From assembly GCA_030167145.1 (NCBI GenBank), contig CP126532.1:2250001-2282000 (forward strand): DNA of 32,000 bases, written 5' to 3'. The stretch comes from Ktedonobacterales bacterium (GTDB lineage Bacteria; Chloroflexota; Ktedonobacteria; Ktedonobacterales; JADMIN01). Of this stretch, positions 16,385 through 24,818 are shown piece after piece; the first letter of the stretch is position 1; every line of letters starts with the position of its first letter. The translations under genes were made by a program, and so were the position numbers. The notes under the pieces were generated by a model, which was not told where the DNA came from, ran no database searches, and saw nothing but the letters and a program-made list of their open reading frames with translations.

Positions 16385-18679
16385 ATGAGTGTAGATAAGG
16401 GGCTTTTCAACCCACGCCAGACCGATACCTATGATTTCTACGAGGGCAAGCCGGCGCCGTGGAACTCCGAGGAGGAGATCGAGCGCCTGGTGCCGACGCA
16501 TTGCTGCTATTGCGGCGTGCAGTGCGGTATGTATCTCAAGGTCGCGAAGGGTAAGGTCGTCGGCGTAGAGCCGCGCTATGACTTCCCGCTGAATCACGGC
16601 ATGCTCTGCCCCAAAGGCACCACCGCGTACCAGACCGTCAACCATCCCGACCGGCTGACCTATCCGCTAATGCGCCGCAACGGCAAGAACAGCCCGCTGG
16701 AGCGCGCAAGCTGGGATGAGGCGCTCGACACCATCGCGCGGCGCTTCCGCGAGATCCAGGGGCAGCATGGCGCGGATGCTGTCGCGGTGTATAGCGGCTC
16801 TTCGATGACCAACGAGAAATGCTACCTGATGGGCAAGTTCGCCCGTGTGGGGCTGGGCACGCGCCACTGCGACTACAACGGGCGGTTGTGCATGTCTTCG
16901 GCTACCGGCGCGAATGACCGCTCGCTGGGCATTGACCGCGCCGCCAACCCCATCAGCGATATGCTGCACTCGGACGTGATCTTCGTCATCGGCGCGAATG
17001 TCGGCGAATGCTTCCCCATCGTCACCAGCTATCTCTGGCAGGCGCGCGACCGGGGCGCGAAGCTGATCGTCGCCGATCCGCGCCAGACGCCCATCGCCCG
17101 CACCGCCGACGTCTTCCTGCCGCTGCGCTCCGGCACGGACTCGGCGCTGCTCAATAGTATGCTCTACGTGCTGATCACCGAGAATCTGGTGGATGAGGAT
17201 TTCATCGGCGCGCGCACCAACGGCTGGGAAGAAACCAAAGCTGAGGCGCTGAAGTATCCGCCAGAGCGCGCGGCCAAGGTCTGCGGACTGAAGCCGGAGA
17301 CGATCATCGAAGCGGCGCGGCTCTACGGGCAAGCCAATGCGGCGATGATCTACACGGCGCGCGGCCTGGAACACCAGAGCAAAGGTGTAGATAACGGCGT
17401 GGCCTGCGCGAACCTGGCACTGGCGACTGGCAACTTTGGCAGGCCGGGCGCGGGCTATATGACGCTGACCGGCCAGGGCAACGGTCAGGGCGGACGCGAG
17501 ATGGGCCAGAAGGCATCGCAACTGCCGGGCGAGCGCGAGATCGAAGATCCCGAAGACCGCGAATATATCGCCTCGATCTGGGGCATCGAAGAGGTGGACC
17601 TGCCACATGCGGGCTACCCCGCGACGCTGATGATTCCGGCAATGGAGCGCGAGGAGATACGCGCCTGCCTGATGATCTGCTCGAATCCGATGGTCTCGCT
17701 ACCCGATCAACATACGGTGGAGCGGGCGCTGCGCGGGCTGGATCTGTTCGTGGTGATAGACTTCTTCCTTTCTGAGACGTGCGAGCTGGCCGACATTGTG
17801 CTGCCGGGCAATGTCTGGGCCGAAGATGAGGGAACCACCACCAGCCTCGAAGGGCGCGTCATCAAATACAACCAGGCCGTTGAGCCACCTGGCGAGGCCC
17901 GGCGTGACTGGGAGATCATTGGCGATCTGGCGAAGCGGCTGGGCAAGGGGCAGTATTTTCCCTACACCTCGGCGCGCGACATCTTCGACGAGATGCGCCT
18001 GGCGACCAAGGGCGCGAAAGCCGACTACTTCGGCATCACCTACGAGAAGATCGAGGAGCAGAACGGCGTCTTCTGGCCCTGCCCCACGCCCGAAAGCACT
18101 GGCACACCGCGGCTCTACGAAGAACGCTTCGGCTTCCCAGATGGCAAGGCGCGCTTCCACCCCATTCCGTACATCCCGCCCGCTGAGGAGCCGGACGAGG
18201 AGTATCCGCTGGTGCTGACCACGGGACGAGTGATCTATCACTATCTCTCTGGCAACCAGACGCGCCGCACGCCGTTCTTGCTGGAACAGGCGCCCTGCCC
18301 CTGGGTGGAGTTGCACACGACCATGGCGCAGAAGCTCGGTATCAATGATGGCGATTGGGTGACGGTGCGCACACGGCGTGGTGAGATGACCGTGCCCGCG
18401 CTGGTGGTGCGCTCGATCCGGCCCGATACGCTGTTCATCCCGTATCACTACGGGCATACGCAGGCGGCGAACATCCTGACCAATCCGGTGCTGGAGCCGA
18501 TGAACAAGATTCCCGAATACAAGGTCTGCGCGGCCTCGGCGGTGCGGGCGGAGCGTGCGCCAGACTGGGCGAAAGATCTCGACCCGGAGTTGCTGAAGCA
18601 AGCGCGGCGCAGCCGTAAGACGCTGCCCAGCGCGGGGGCGAACGTGGGACCGCGCGTGCCGGGAGTTCCAGGCGCGTAG
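16385..18679 (+). CDS. Molybdopterin (bis-MGD) oxidoreductase catalytic subunit, Nap/Nas (nitrate-reductase)-like, no Tat signal
   Basis: 764 aa. N-terminal 4Fe-4S motif HCCYCGVQCG...LCPKG (Cx2Cx3Cx~27C). Probable Mo-ligand segment YNGRLCMSSATGA, resembling the R.CMAS motif of Nap/Nas enzymes. C-terminal molydop-binding barrel (GDWVTVRTRRGEMTVPALV). No twin-arginine motif at the N-terminus. Confidence 0.85.
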   Translation: MSVDKGLFNPRQTDTYDFYEGKPAPWNSEEEIERLVPTHCCYCGVQCGMYLKVAKGKVVGVEPRYDFPLNHGMLCPKGTTAYQTVNHPDRLTYPLMRRNGKNSPLERASWDEALDTIARRFREIQGQHGADAVAVYSGSSMTNEKCYLMGKFARVGLGTRHCDYNGRLCMSSATGANDRSLGIDRAANPISDMLHSDVIFVIGANVGECFPIVTSYLWQARDRGAKLIVADPRQTPIARTADVFLPLRSGTDSALLNSMLYVLITENLVDEDFIGARTNGWEETKAEALKYPPERAAKVCGLKPETIIEAARLYGQANAAMIYTARGLEHQSKGVDNGVACANLALATGNFGRPGAGYMTLTGQGNGQGGREMGQKASQLPGEREIEDPEDREYIASIWGIEEVDLPHAGYPATLMIPAMEREEIRACLMICSNPMVSLPDQHTVERALRGLDLFVVIDFFLSETCELADIVLPGNVWAEDEGTTTSLEGRVIKYNQAVEPPGEARRDWEIIGDLAKRLGKGQYFPYTSARDIFDEMRLATKGAKADYFGITYEKIEEQNGVFWPCPTPESTGTPRLYEERFGFPDGKARFHPIPYIPPAEEPDEEYPLVLTTGRVIYHYLSGNQTRRTPFLLEQAPCPWVELHTTMAQKLGINDGDWVTVRTRRGEMTVPALVVRSIRPDTLFIPYHYGHTQAANILTNPVLEPMNKIPEYKVCAASAVRAERAPDWAKDLDPELLKQARRSRKTLPSAGANVGPRVPGVPGA

Positions 18680-18772
18680 ACGCATGCGCGAGAGCGTCCA
18701 CCGGACGCATTGGCGTATGCTTGGAGACGGGCGTCCACCGGACGCCCCTACGGGGAGGTGGAAGTCTCACCT

Positions 18773-19579
18773 ATGGCGGTAAAACGCATCTTTCTCGATC
18801 CGTCGCGCTGCATCGGCTGCCGCTCATGCGTGGCCGCTTGCCGCGAGTGCGACACGCACAAGGGCGAGACGATGATCTTCATAGACTATCTGAATCGCGG
18901 CAACACGGTCGCCAGCTCGCCGACGCTCTGTATGCACTGCGAGGAGCCGCTGGCCCCGTGCGCGCAGGTCTGCCCGGCGCAGGCGATTCTGGTCAGCCCC
19001 GATGGCGTGGTGCATCAGGCGGACGAGACACGCTGTGTGAACATTCGCAACTGTGTCTACGTCTGCCCCTTCGGCGTGCCGAAATTTGATGGGCCAGGGC
19101 GCTATATGCGCAAGTGCAACCTCTGCTATGACCGCACCAGCATCGGCCTGCCACCGATGTGCGCTTCGGTCTGCCCGACGCAGGCGATCTTCTACGGCAC
19201 GTATGAGGAATGGATTCAGTCCGGGCGGGCGCAGCAGGGGGCAAAGCCGGTGAATGTCTTTTACTTCGGCAAGCAGCGCGTGCGCACGCGCAACTATGTG
19301 GTGATGCGCGAGGAGCAGGACGCGCTGGACCTGATGGCGCTGGCGGCGGAGGCGAGCCTGGGCAACCTCTCGACAACGCCCGCCGCGACCGCCGATGGTG
19401 AGGTTGAGCCGTGGGTGGAGGCTGATAGCGCAGGCATTCCAGAGCGCATGGCGCCGCCACAGCCCTGGGCGCCGCGCACTCCAGCGCCGCTGCCCGCACC
19501 CGTCGCCCCACCTGCCCCCGCGCCCGCGCCCGAACGCGAGCCAGCCCCCGTCGGACCAGAGCCAGTCCCTGTACCATAG
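18773..19579 (+). CDS. 4Fe-4S ferredoxin-type electron-transfer subunit (DmsB/NrfC-like, four Cys clusters) with a Pro/Ala-rich C-terminal tail
   Basis: ORF 18710..19579 trimmed to the ATG at 18773 (GGGGAGGTGGAAG upstream). Clusters: CIGCRSCVAACREC, CMHCEEPLAPCAQVCP, CVNIRNCVYVCPFG, CNLCYDR...PPMCASVCP. Tail: PQPWAPRTPAPLPAPVAPPAPAPAPEREPAPVGPEPVPVP. Confidence 0.85.
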   Translation: MAVKRIFLDPSRCIGCRSCVAACRECDTHKGETMIFIDYLNRGNTVASSPTLCMHCEEPLAPCAQVCPAQAILVSPDGVVHQADETRCVNIRNCVYVCPFGVPKFDGPGRYMRKCNLCYDRTSIGLPPMCASVCPTQAIFYGTYEEWIQSGRAQQGAKPVNVFYFGKQRVRTRNYVVMREEQDALDLMALAAEASLGNLSTTPAATADGEVEPWVEADSAGIPERMAPPQPWAPRTPAPLPAPVAPPAPAPAPEREPAPVGPEPVPVP

Positions 19580-19626
19580 CTGTGTGTAGGGGCGTGCGGC
19601 ATGCGCCCACGGAGGAATGCAAGACG

Positions 19627-20205
19627 ATGGATGATGAATATCTCGACAATGCGGCGGTATCCGACACGACTGCTGCCTCGGACGCGGGCAAGCCAGCCGG
19701 CGCGGCGGAATCTCAGCCGCCGCAGCATCAGGAGTGGCGCGAAGAGTTCCCGTACCACTGGCGCGCGGACGATCTGGTGACACGGCGCGATACATTGCGC
19801 TTCCTGGTGGCGGGGAGCGGCGCGCTCTTCATCGCCACTGCTGGCCTCGCGCTGGTTGGCGCGGTGCGCCCGGATGCCACCGCACAGCGTGTCGCGGTGG
19901 CGCGGGTGGGTGAACTGGCCGTCAACGAGGCGCGGGTCTTCGACTTCCCCGACCAGTATGGCCAGGGCATTCTGGTGAATCTGCCGGGCAAAGGGCTGGT
20001 GGCGTACAGTGACGTCTGCACACATCTCTCGTGCGCCGTGCTGTACCAGGCTGACCAGCGCAAGTTTCACTGCCCCTGCCACGAAGGCTACTTCGATGCC
20101 TTTACCGGCGAGCCACTTGCAGGGCCACCGGTGCGCCCGCTGCCGCTGATCGAGTTACAGATCGAAGACGGCATGATCTATGCCGTGCGGGAGGTAGAGC
20201 GATGA
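19627..20205 (+). CDS. Rieske [2Fe-2S] protein with a twin-arginine motif and N-terminal membrane anchor
   Basis: ORF 19582..20205 trimmed to the ATG at 19627 (GGAGGA 10 nt upstream). TRRDTLRFLVAGSGALFIATAGLALVG is Tat-like RR plus a hydrophobic helix. Rieske boxes CTHLSC and CPCHEG are 17 residues apart. Confidence 0.85.
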   Translation: MDDEYLDNAAVSDTTAASDAGKPAGAAESQPPQHQEWREEFPYHWRADDLVTRRDTLRFLVAGSGALFIATAGLALVGAVRPDATAQRVAVARVGELAVNEARVFDFPDQYGQGILVNLPGKGLVAYSDVCTHLSCAVLYQADQRKFHCPCHEGYFDAFTGEPLAGPPVRPLPLIELQIEDGMIYAVREVER

Positions 20206-20555
20206 GCGTGGATACCAGTGGAATGGACAATGCGAGCCGCGACGCTAGCACTCAGGCTGAGGTCAGGCGGGTCGCCAACCCGGACGATCCGCCCGTCCCA
20301 CCGCGACGCAGCACCTACGCTACGGCGGCGAGCGAATCCAGCGGCGCGCCAGGGCGAGTGGCCATCGTGCAGGGGCAGGTCTACATTGTCGGCGCGATCC
20401 TCATCGCGCAACTCTTTCTCTGTACAACGGCGCTCTTCGAGCTACTCTCCGGCAATAAGGATGTCCTCTGGGGCATCGCGGCGGCCAGCCTGGGCGGTTT
20501 CCTCGTCGCGCTGCTGGTGACGCTGTGGCCGCGCCGCCGCAGCAAGGGCTATTGA
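20202..20555 (+). CDS. Small two-TM membrane protein, translationally coupled to the Rieske gene
   Basis: The ATGA overlap at 20202-20205 joins its start to the Rieske stop, with GGGAGG 7 nt upstream. 117 aa with two hydrophobic helices (VYIVGAILIAQLFLCTTALF, IAAASLGGFLVALLVTLW). No family recognised. Confidence 0.55.
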   Translation: MSVDTSGMDNASRDASTQAEVRRVANPDDPPVPPRRSTYATAASESSGAPGRVAIVQGQVYIVGAILIAQLFLCTTALFELLSGNKDVLWGIAAASLGGFLVALLVTLWPRRRSKGY

Positions 20556-20683
20556 AGGCTATTGATCGGAGCGCACCCGTGGCCGAGAACGAGCGAAACG
20601 ACGAGACTGATAAATCGCCCGCGCCGCCTCCCGGTGAGGGCTATCGCTACCGAATTGACCGCGAGCACCCCATCGGCGGCGAG

Positions 20684-21307
20684 ATGTCGGATGTGCTGCG
20701 CGGCATCTTCGTGCGCCTGCGCCTACCGTGGCTCTTGCGCCACTACTCACAGACACCTGTGCTGGCGATCTTCTCGTTCCTGAATGGTGTGCTTAGCATC
20801 GGCATCATGTCGGTGCTGGCGGTCATCACCGGCTCGCCCTTCATCTTCCCGTCGCTTGGCCCGACGGCGTTTCTCTTCTTCTATACTCCCACTGCGCCGA
20901 CTGCCTCGCCGCGCAACACTATCTGCGGCCATCTGATCGGCGTGCTCGCCGGCTACTTCGCCTTGGTGGTCACCGGGCTGACCAACGCTGGCCCCGCGCT
21001 GGCTACCGGCGTCACCTGGCCGCGCGTGATCGCCGCCGCGCTCTCGCTGGGCCTCACCGCCGGGCTGATGGTGCTGCTCAAGGTGCCGCATCCGCCCGCT
21101 GGCGCGACCACGCTGATCATCTCGCTCGGCATCCTGACCCATTTTTCTCAATTGGTCATCCTGATGGCCGCCGTGGTACTGCTGACGGTGCAGGCATTCG
21201 TCATCAACCGACTTGCGGGTATAGATTACCCGCTGTGGAGTCCACGACAGGCGTCGGCATCAGGGGCAGCGGCATCCAGCGCGAGCACTATGCGCCTGCG
21301 CTCGTGA
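20684..21307 (+). CDS. HPP-family membrane protein (family that includes nitrite transporters)
   Basis: ORF 20525..21307. The eponymous motif LKVPHPPAGATTLI is present, with four hydrophobic helices. The start is set to the ATG at 20684 (MSDVLRGIF) because the upstream 53 codons overlap the previous gene and are hydrophilic. The start remains uncertain. Confidence 0.75.
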   Translation: MSDVLRGIFVRLRLPWLLRHYSQTPVLAIFSFLNGVLSIGIMSVLAVITGSPFIFPSLGPTAFLFFYTPTAPTASPRNTICGHLIGVLAGYFALVVTGLTNAGPALATGVTWPRVIAAALSLGLTAGLMVLLKVPHPPAGATTLIISLGILTHFSQLVILMAAVVLLTVQAFVINRLAGIDYPLWSPRQASASGAAASSASTMRLRS

Positions 21308-21358
21308 TGATATACTTGAGCAATGCATGCCGTATGGTAGTCAAGCCGAGGTGATGAG

Positions 21359-21670
21359 ATGAACTATACGATAGAACTATCTGAGCACGCCGAACGTGTC
21401 ATCGCTGCGGTAGCAGCTTTGCACGGCGTGACTCCTGATGAGTATATCCAGCAGTTTATCACGGCTTGGGCTGCCGAACTCACCACAGATGAAGAACTCG
21501 ATCCTGAACAGGCATGGTTTTGGGCGCCGGAGTGGCAGGCAGGTGAGCGCAAAGCGGATGCGGATTATGCTACGGGTCGCACCACACACTACGACAGCGA
21601 TGAGGCGTTTCTGAAGGCGTTGGAGGAACATATCAGCGACGCCACTGAGACTCCTGATGCCGACTCGTGA
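21359..21670 (+). CDS. Putative type II antitoxin (RHH-like N-terminus, acidic C-terminus)
   Basis: 103 aa with GAGGTGATGAG upstream and lower GC than its flanks. It overlaps the downstream toxin-like gene by 14 nt. The N-terminal beta-strand/helix pattern YTIELSEHAERVIAAVAALHGVTPDEYI is RHH-like. Confidence 0.55.
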   Translation: MNYTIELSEHAERVIAAVAALHGVTPDEYIQQFITAWAAELTTDEELDPEQAWFWAPEWQAGERKADADYATGRTTHYDSDEAFLKALEEHISDATETPDADS

Positions 21671-21950
21671 GATTCTTGATACGTTCTGGAAGGACTGGAG
21701 CAAGCTCACTCCCGCGCAGCGGAGCCTCTTTCTGGACGCGGTACGCCAATTCGTTGATGATCTGAAACGTGGCCAGGGATTTCGTGGCGGGCTGCGAGTA
21801 AAAGGTGTACAAGGTCATCGTGGTGTTTATGAAATGACCTGGGCTCCCGTTGGCCGCGCGACCTTCGCATATGGAACATCACCGCAAGCTGGTGATGTGC
21901 ATATCATCTGGCGACGCATTGGCGATCATAGCATTTTCAAGAATCCCTAG
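21657..21950 (+). CDS. RelE/ParE-superfamily toxin-like protein
   Basis: 97 aa. The LRVKGVQGHRGVYEMTWAPVGRATFAYG....GDVHIIWRRIGDHSIFKNP pattern matches my memory of RelE/ParE-family toxins. It is paired with and overlaps the upstream small gene. Confidence 0.6.
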   Translation: MPTREILDTFWKDWSKLTPAQRSLFLDAVRQFVDDLKRGQGFRGGLRVKGVQGHRGVYEMTWAPVGRATFAYGTSPQAGDVHIIWRRIGDHSIFKNP

Positions 21951-22903
21951 CCCCGTTGCGCGAGATACAGGCTTGCAAGGATGACCAGCCCGCCCGCTAC
22001 CGTCGGCAATGTGATGCGCTCGCCCAGCAACGCCGCGCCCAGCCCCAGCGCCACCACCGGCTCCAGATACAGCCAGACCGCCGCTTTGCTCGCCGCGATG
22101 CGTGTTAGGGCAGTGTTGTAGCAGAAATACGCCAGCACCGAACACACTATCGCGAGATAGAGTATCGCCAGCCACTGCCCGGCGGAGAGCGCCGCCAGGG
22201 TGCGCCAGTCGCCAGAGAACGCCGCCAGCGCCAGCAGGCCAAGCGTGCCAGCGATCATCGTGCCGCCGGTCACGGTCAGCGGTGTGTAGCGCGCCCGCAG
22301 CCCGCGCACCAGCGTGGAGTAGACCGCGAAGCAGAGCGCATCGGCCACGAGACAGAGCGCGCCCAGCAGAAATCCGCCGTGTACCTCAATTGCGATGCCC
22401 TGCTGCCCCGCGACCACGCCCACGCCGACCACGCCCAGCAGCAGCGCCACCACCTGTCGCGCGCCCAATGACTCGCGCAGCGCCACCCGCGCCACCACCA
22501 GCGTTGCCAGCGGAATCAGCCCCACTACCAATACCGCCGCGATGCCCGCGTTCGTCAGGCGCACGCCCGTATATTGCAGCCAAAAGTAGACCGAGATGCC
22601 CAACTGGCCGAGCAGCAAGAATAGCGGTAGGTCCGCGAGCTTCAGCCGCTGCTCTGTCATCTGTTGCCGCGCCAGCAACGGCAAGAAGATCGCCGAGGCC
22701 AGCAGGAACCGCACCGCTGCCAGCAGTGTGGGGCTGAGCGCGGTGGCGTGCGCGCCCTCCGGAGAGAGAATCATCCGCGCGGCGACGAACGACCCACCCC
22801 AGACCAGCACGACGAAGAGCAGCAGGGCATACACCCCATAGCGTCGCGCGATGCTGCTCCGCGTCGCCACAAGCGGCGCGCTCTCCACGACCGGCTGACT
22901 CAT
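21947..22903 (-). CDS. DMT-superfamily (EamA-like) transporter
   Basis: 318 aa with 10 predicted helices in two EamA-like halves (LLLFVVLVWGGSFVAARM...; second half ...LYLAIVCSVLAYFCYNTALTRI...). Confidence 0.85.
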   Translation of the reverse strand: MSQPVVESAPLVATRSSIARRYGVYALLLFVVLVWGGSFVAARMILSPEGAHATALSPTLLAAVRFLLASAIFLPLLARQQMTEQRLKLADLPLFLLLGQLGISVYFWLQYTGVRLTNAGIAAVLVVGLIPLATLVVARVALRESLGARQVVALLLGVVGVGVVAGQQGIAIEVHGGFLLGALCLVADALCFAVYSTLVRGLRARYTPLTVTGGTMIAGTLGLLALAAFSGDWRTLAALSAGQWLAILYLAIVCSVLAYFCYNTALTRIAASKAAVWLYLEPVVALGLGAALLGERITLPTVAGGLVILASLYLAQRG

Positions 22904-22936
22904 CCGCCACCCTCACCAATTACTTTATGCGGCTCA

Positions 22937-23158
22937 TTACACGCCCACGAATGCGCGGGGTTGCGGTAAAGGCCAGCCATGCTCTTGCGCAATCTCGACC
23001 CACTCCGCAATCAGCCGTTGCTCTTCTTCCCCCGCTGCCGTATAGGTATCCGCATGTGCGCGTGCGCCAGGCAATTCGGGGATGGTCACAATGAAAATAT
23101 CATCTTCATCTGACCATTCGATCACCATGGAATAATGTGCCTGACTCATATCACCCAT
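22937..23158 (-). CDS. Short HicB-like (UPF0150) antitoxin-family protein lacking a DNA-binding domain
   Basis: 73 aa. YSMVIEWSDEDDIFIVTIPELPGARAHADTYTAAGEE....IAEWVEIAQEHGWPLPQP fits the HicB N-terminal domain pattern. Its ATG overlaps the stop of the upstream DUF488 gene (ATGGGTGA). Confidence 0.65.
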   Translation of the reverse strand: MGDMSQAHYSMVIEWSDEDDIFIVTIPELPGARAHADTYTAAGEEEQRLIAEWVEIAQEHGWPLPQPRAFVGV

Positions 23159-23525
23159 TCGCCAGCAGTTCGCGCAGCACCGTCGCGTTCGCGTGTGCGG
23201 TGTCGTGCGCGGCGAAGACCAGCGTCACCTGACCCTCTGTGGCCAGTGTACGCAGGCGCGCCAGCGCCGATGCCCCTGGCTCCTCGGCCAGTTCGGCTTC
23301 GTAGCGGCGGCGGAACTCTGGGTATTTCTCTGGGTCGTGGCCGTACCAGGTGCGTAGCTCGGCACTGGGCGCGACATCTTTCAGCCAGAGGTCCACCTTT
23401 GCGCGTTCCTTCGAGATGCCGCGCGGCCAGAGCCGGTCCACCAGTACGCGCGTGCCGTCCTCCGGCTCCGCTGGCTCATACGCACGCTTGATCTTTACCG
23501 CAATCGCCGCATTTTGCTTCGCCAT
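23151..23525 (-). CDS. DUF488 (YeaO-like) family protein
   Basis: 124 aa. IKRAYEPAEPEDGTRVLVDRLWPRGISKERAKVDLWLKDVAPSAELRTWYGHDPEKYPEFRRRY is the characteristic DUF488 pattern. Confidence 0.75.
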   Translation of the reverse strand: MAKQNAAIAVKIKRAYEPAEPEDGTRVLVDRLWPRGISKERAKVDLWLKDVAPSAELRTWYGHDPEKYPEFRRRYEAELAEEPGASALARLRTLATEGQVTLVFAAHDTAHANATVLRELLANG

Positions 23526-23719
23526 GCTCGTATCCTCCTGGCGCGAACTGATGATTGACCTGTTCTATCGCACGCATCTCCATCACTGTACGACAAATCC
23601 TGCAGGAAGCGTCACCCCTGTATCTGGCAGCCAGGAAGCGCCGCGCGGTAGACTCAGGAATGCGCCCACCGTGGCCGGAGTTAATCTGAACCATCTCATT
23701 CGATACTTTTGGAGCATAG

Positions 23720-24781
23720 ATGAACAGCATAGAAGCGATATGCGCGGGAATTGGGCCGCTGGATAGCGCGGCCATAGCCCAGGCCGAGGCGCGGCAGCAG
23801 CAATTGACGAAGCCAGCGGGGAGCCTGGGGCGGCTGGAAGAACTGGCGATCCAGATCGCGGGTATCACCGGCAATCCAGTGCCGAGCGTGGAGCGCAATG
23901 CGGTGATCGTCATGGCCGCCGATCATGGCGTCGTGGCTGAGGGCGTCAGCGCCTATCCCGCCGAGGTCACGCCGCAGATGGTCCTCAACTTTCTGCGTGG
24001 CGGCGCGGCGATCAACGCGTTGGCAGGGCAGGTGGGCGCGCGGGTCGTGGTCGTGGATATTGGCGTCGCGAGCGCTATCGAGCATCCGCAACTCGTCTCG
24101 CGCAAGATCGCGCACGGCACGGAGAACATGGCGGCTGGTCCGGCGATGACCCGTGAGCAGGCGCACGCCGCCATCCAGGTCGGGCTGGATGTGGTGGAAG
24201 CCGAAGTTGCGCGCGGGCTGGATCTGGTGGCCATCGGCGAGATGGGCATCGGCAACACCACCGCCGCCAGCGCTATCGTCGCGGCCTTCACCGGCGCGCC
24301 CGCCGCCAGCGTCACCGGCCACGGCACGGGCATCGGCGAGGAGCAACGCGCGCACAAAATCGCGGTGATCGAGCGTGCTCTGGCATGCAACGCACCGGAC
24401 CCGCAGGACGCGCTGGACGTGCTGGCGAAGGTCGGCGGCCTCGAAATCGCGGGGCTGTCGGGTGTGGTGTTAGGCGCTGCCGCGCGGCGCGTGCCGGTAG
24501 TGATAGATGGTCTGATCGCCAGCGCCGCCGCGCTGGTCGCCGCCGAACTCTGCCCCGCCGTGAAGCCGTATCTCATCGCGGGGCATGCCTCGGTGGAACG
24601 CGGGCATCGGCTGATCCTCGAACGGCTGGGGCTGCGGCCGCTGCTGGACCTGGATTTGCGGCTGGGCGAGGGGACGGGCGCGGCGCTGGCGATGGGCGTC
24701 ATCGCGGCGGCGGTGCGCGCGCACCGCGAGATGGCTACTTTCGGCGAGGCGGGCGTCAGCGAGCGCGACGAAACCGATTAG
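23720..24781 (+). CDS. cobT: Nicotinate-nucleotide--dimethylbenzimidazole phosphoribosyltransferase
   Basis: 353 aa. LTKPAGSLGRLEELAIQIAG, VMAADHGV, GEMGIGNTTAASA and LRLGEGTGAALA are all hallmark CobT segments. Confidence 0.9.
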   Translation: MNSIEAICAGIGPLDSAAIAQAEARQQQLTKPAGSLGRLEELAIQIAGITGNPVPSVERNAVIVMAADHGVVAEGVSAYPAEVTPQMVLNFLRGGAAINALAGQVGARVVVVDIGVASAIEHPQLVSRKIAHGTENMAAGPAMTREQAHAAIQVGLDVVEAEVARGLDLVAIGEMGIGNTTAASAIVAAFTGAPAASVTGHGTGIGEEQRAHKIAVIERALACNAPDPQDALDVLAKVGGLEIAGLSGVVLGAAARRVPVVIDGLIASAAALVAAELCPAVKPYLIAGHASVERGHRLILERLGLRPLLDLDLRLGEGTGAALAMGVIAAAVRAHREMATFGEAGVSERDETD

Positions 24782-24818
24782 CTGGTATCACGCGTCGTCA
24801 TCGGCGAAATCACGCGCC

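Noticed and set aside
16667-20082. Series of long minus-strand ORFs (16667..17608, 17699..18685, 18824..19795, 19294..20082) antisense to the Mo-enzyme operon
   Set aside because: All are Arg/Ala/His/Pro-rich shadows of plus-strand genes that carry FeS, Mo-binding and Rieske motifs.
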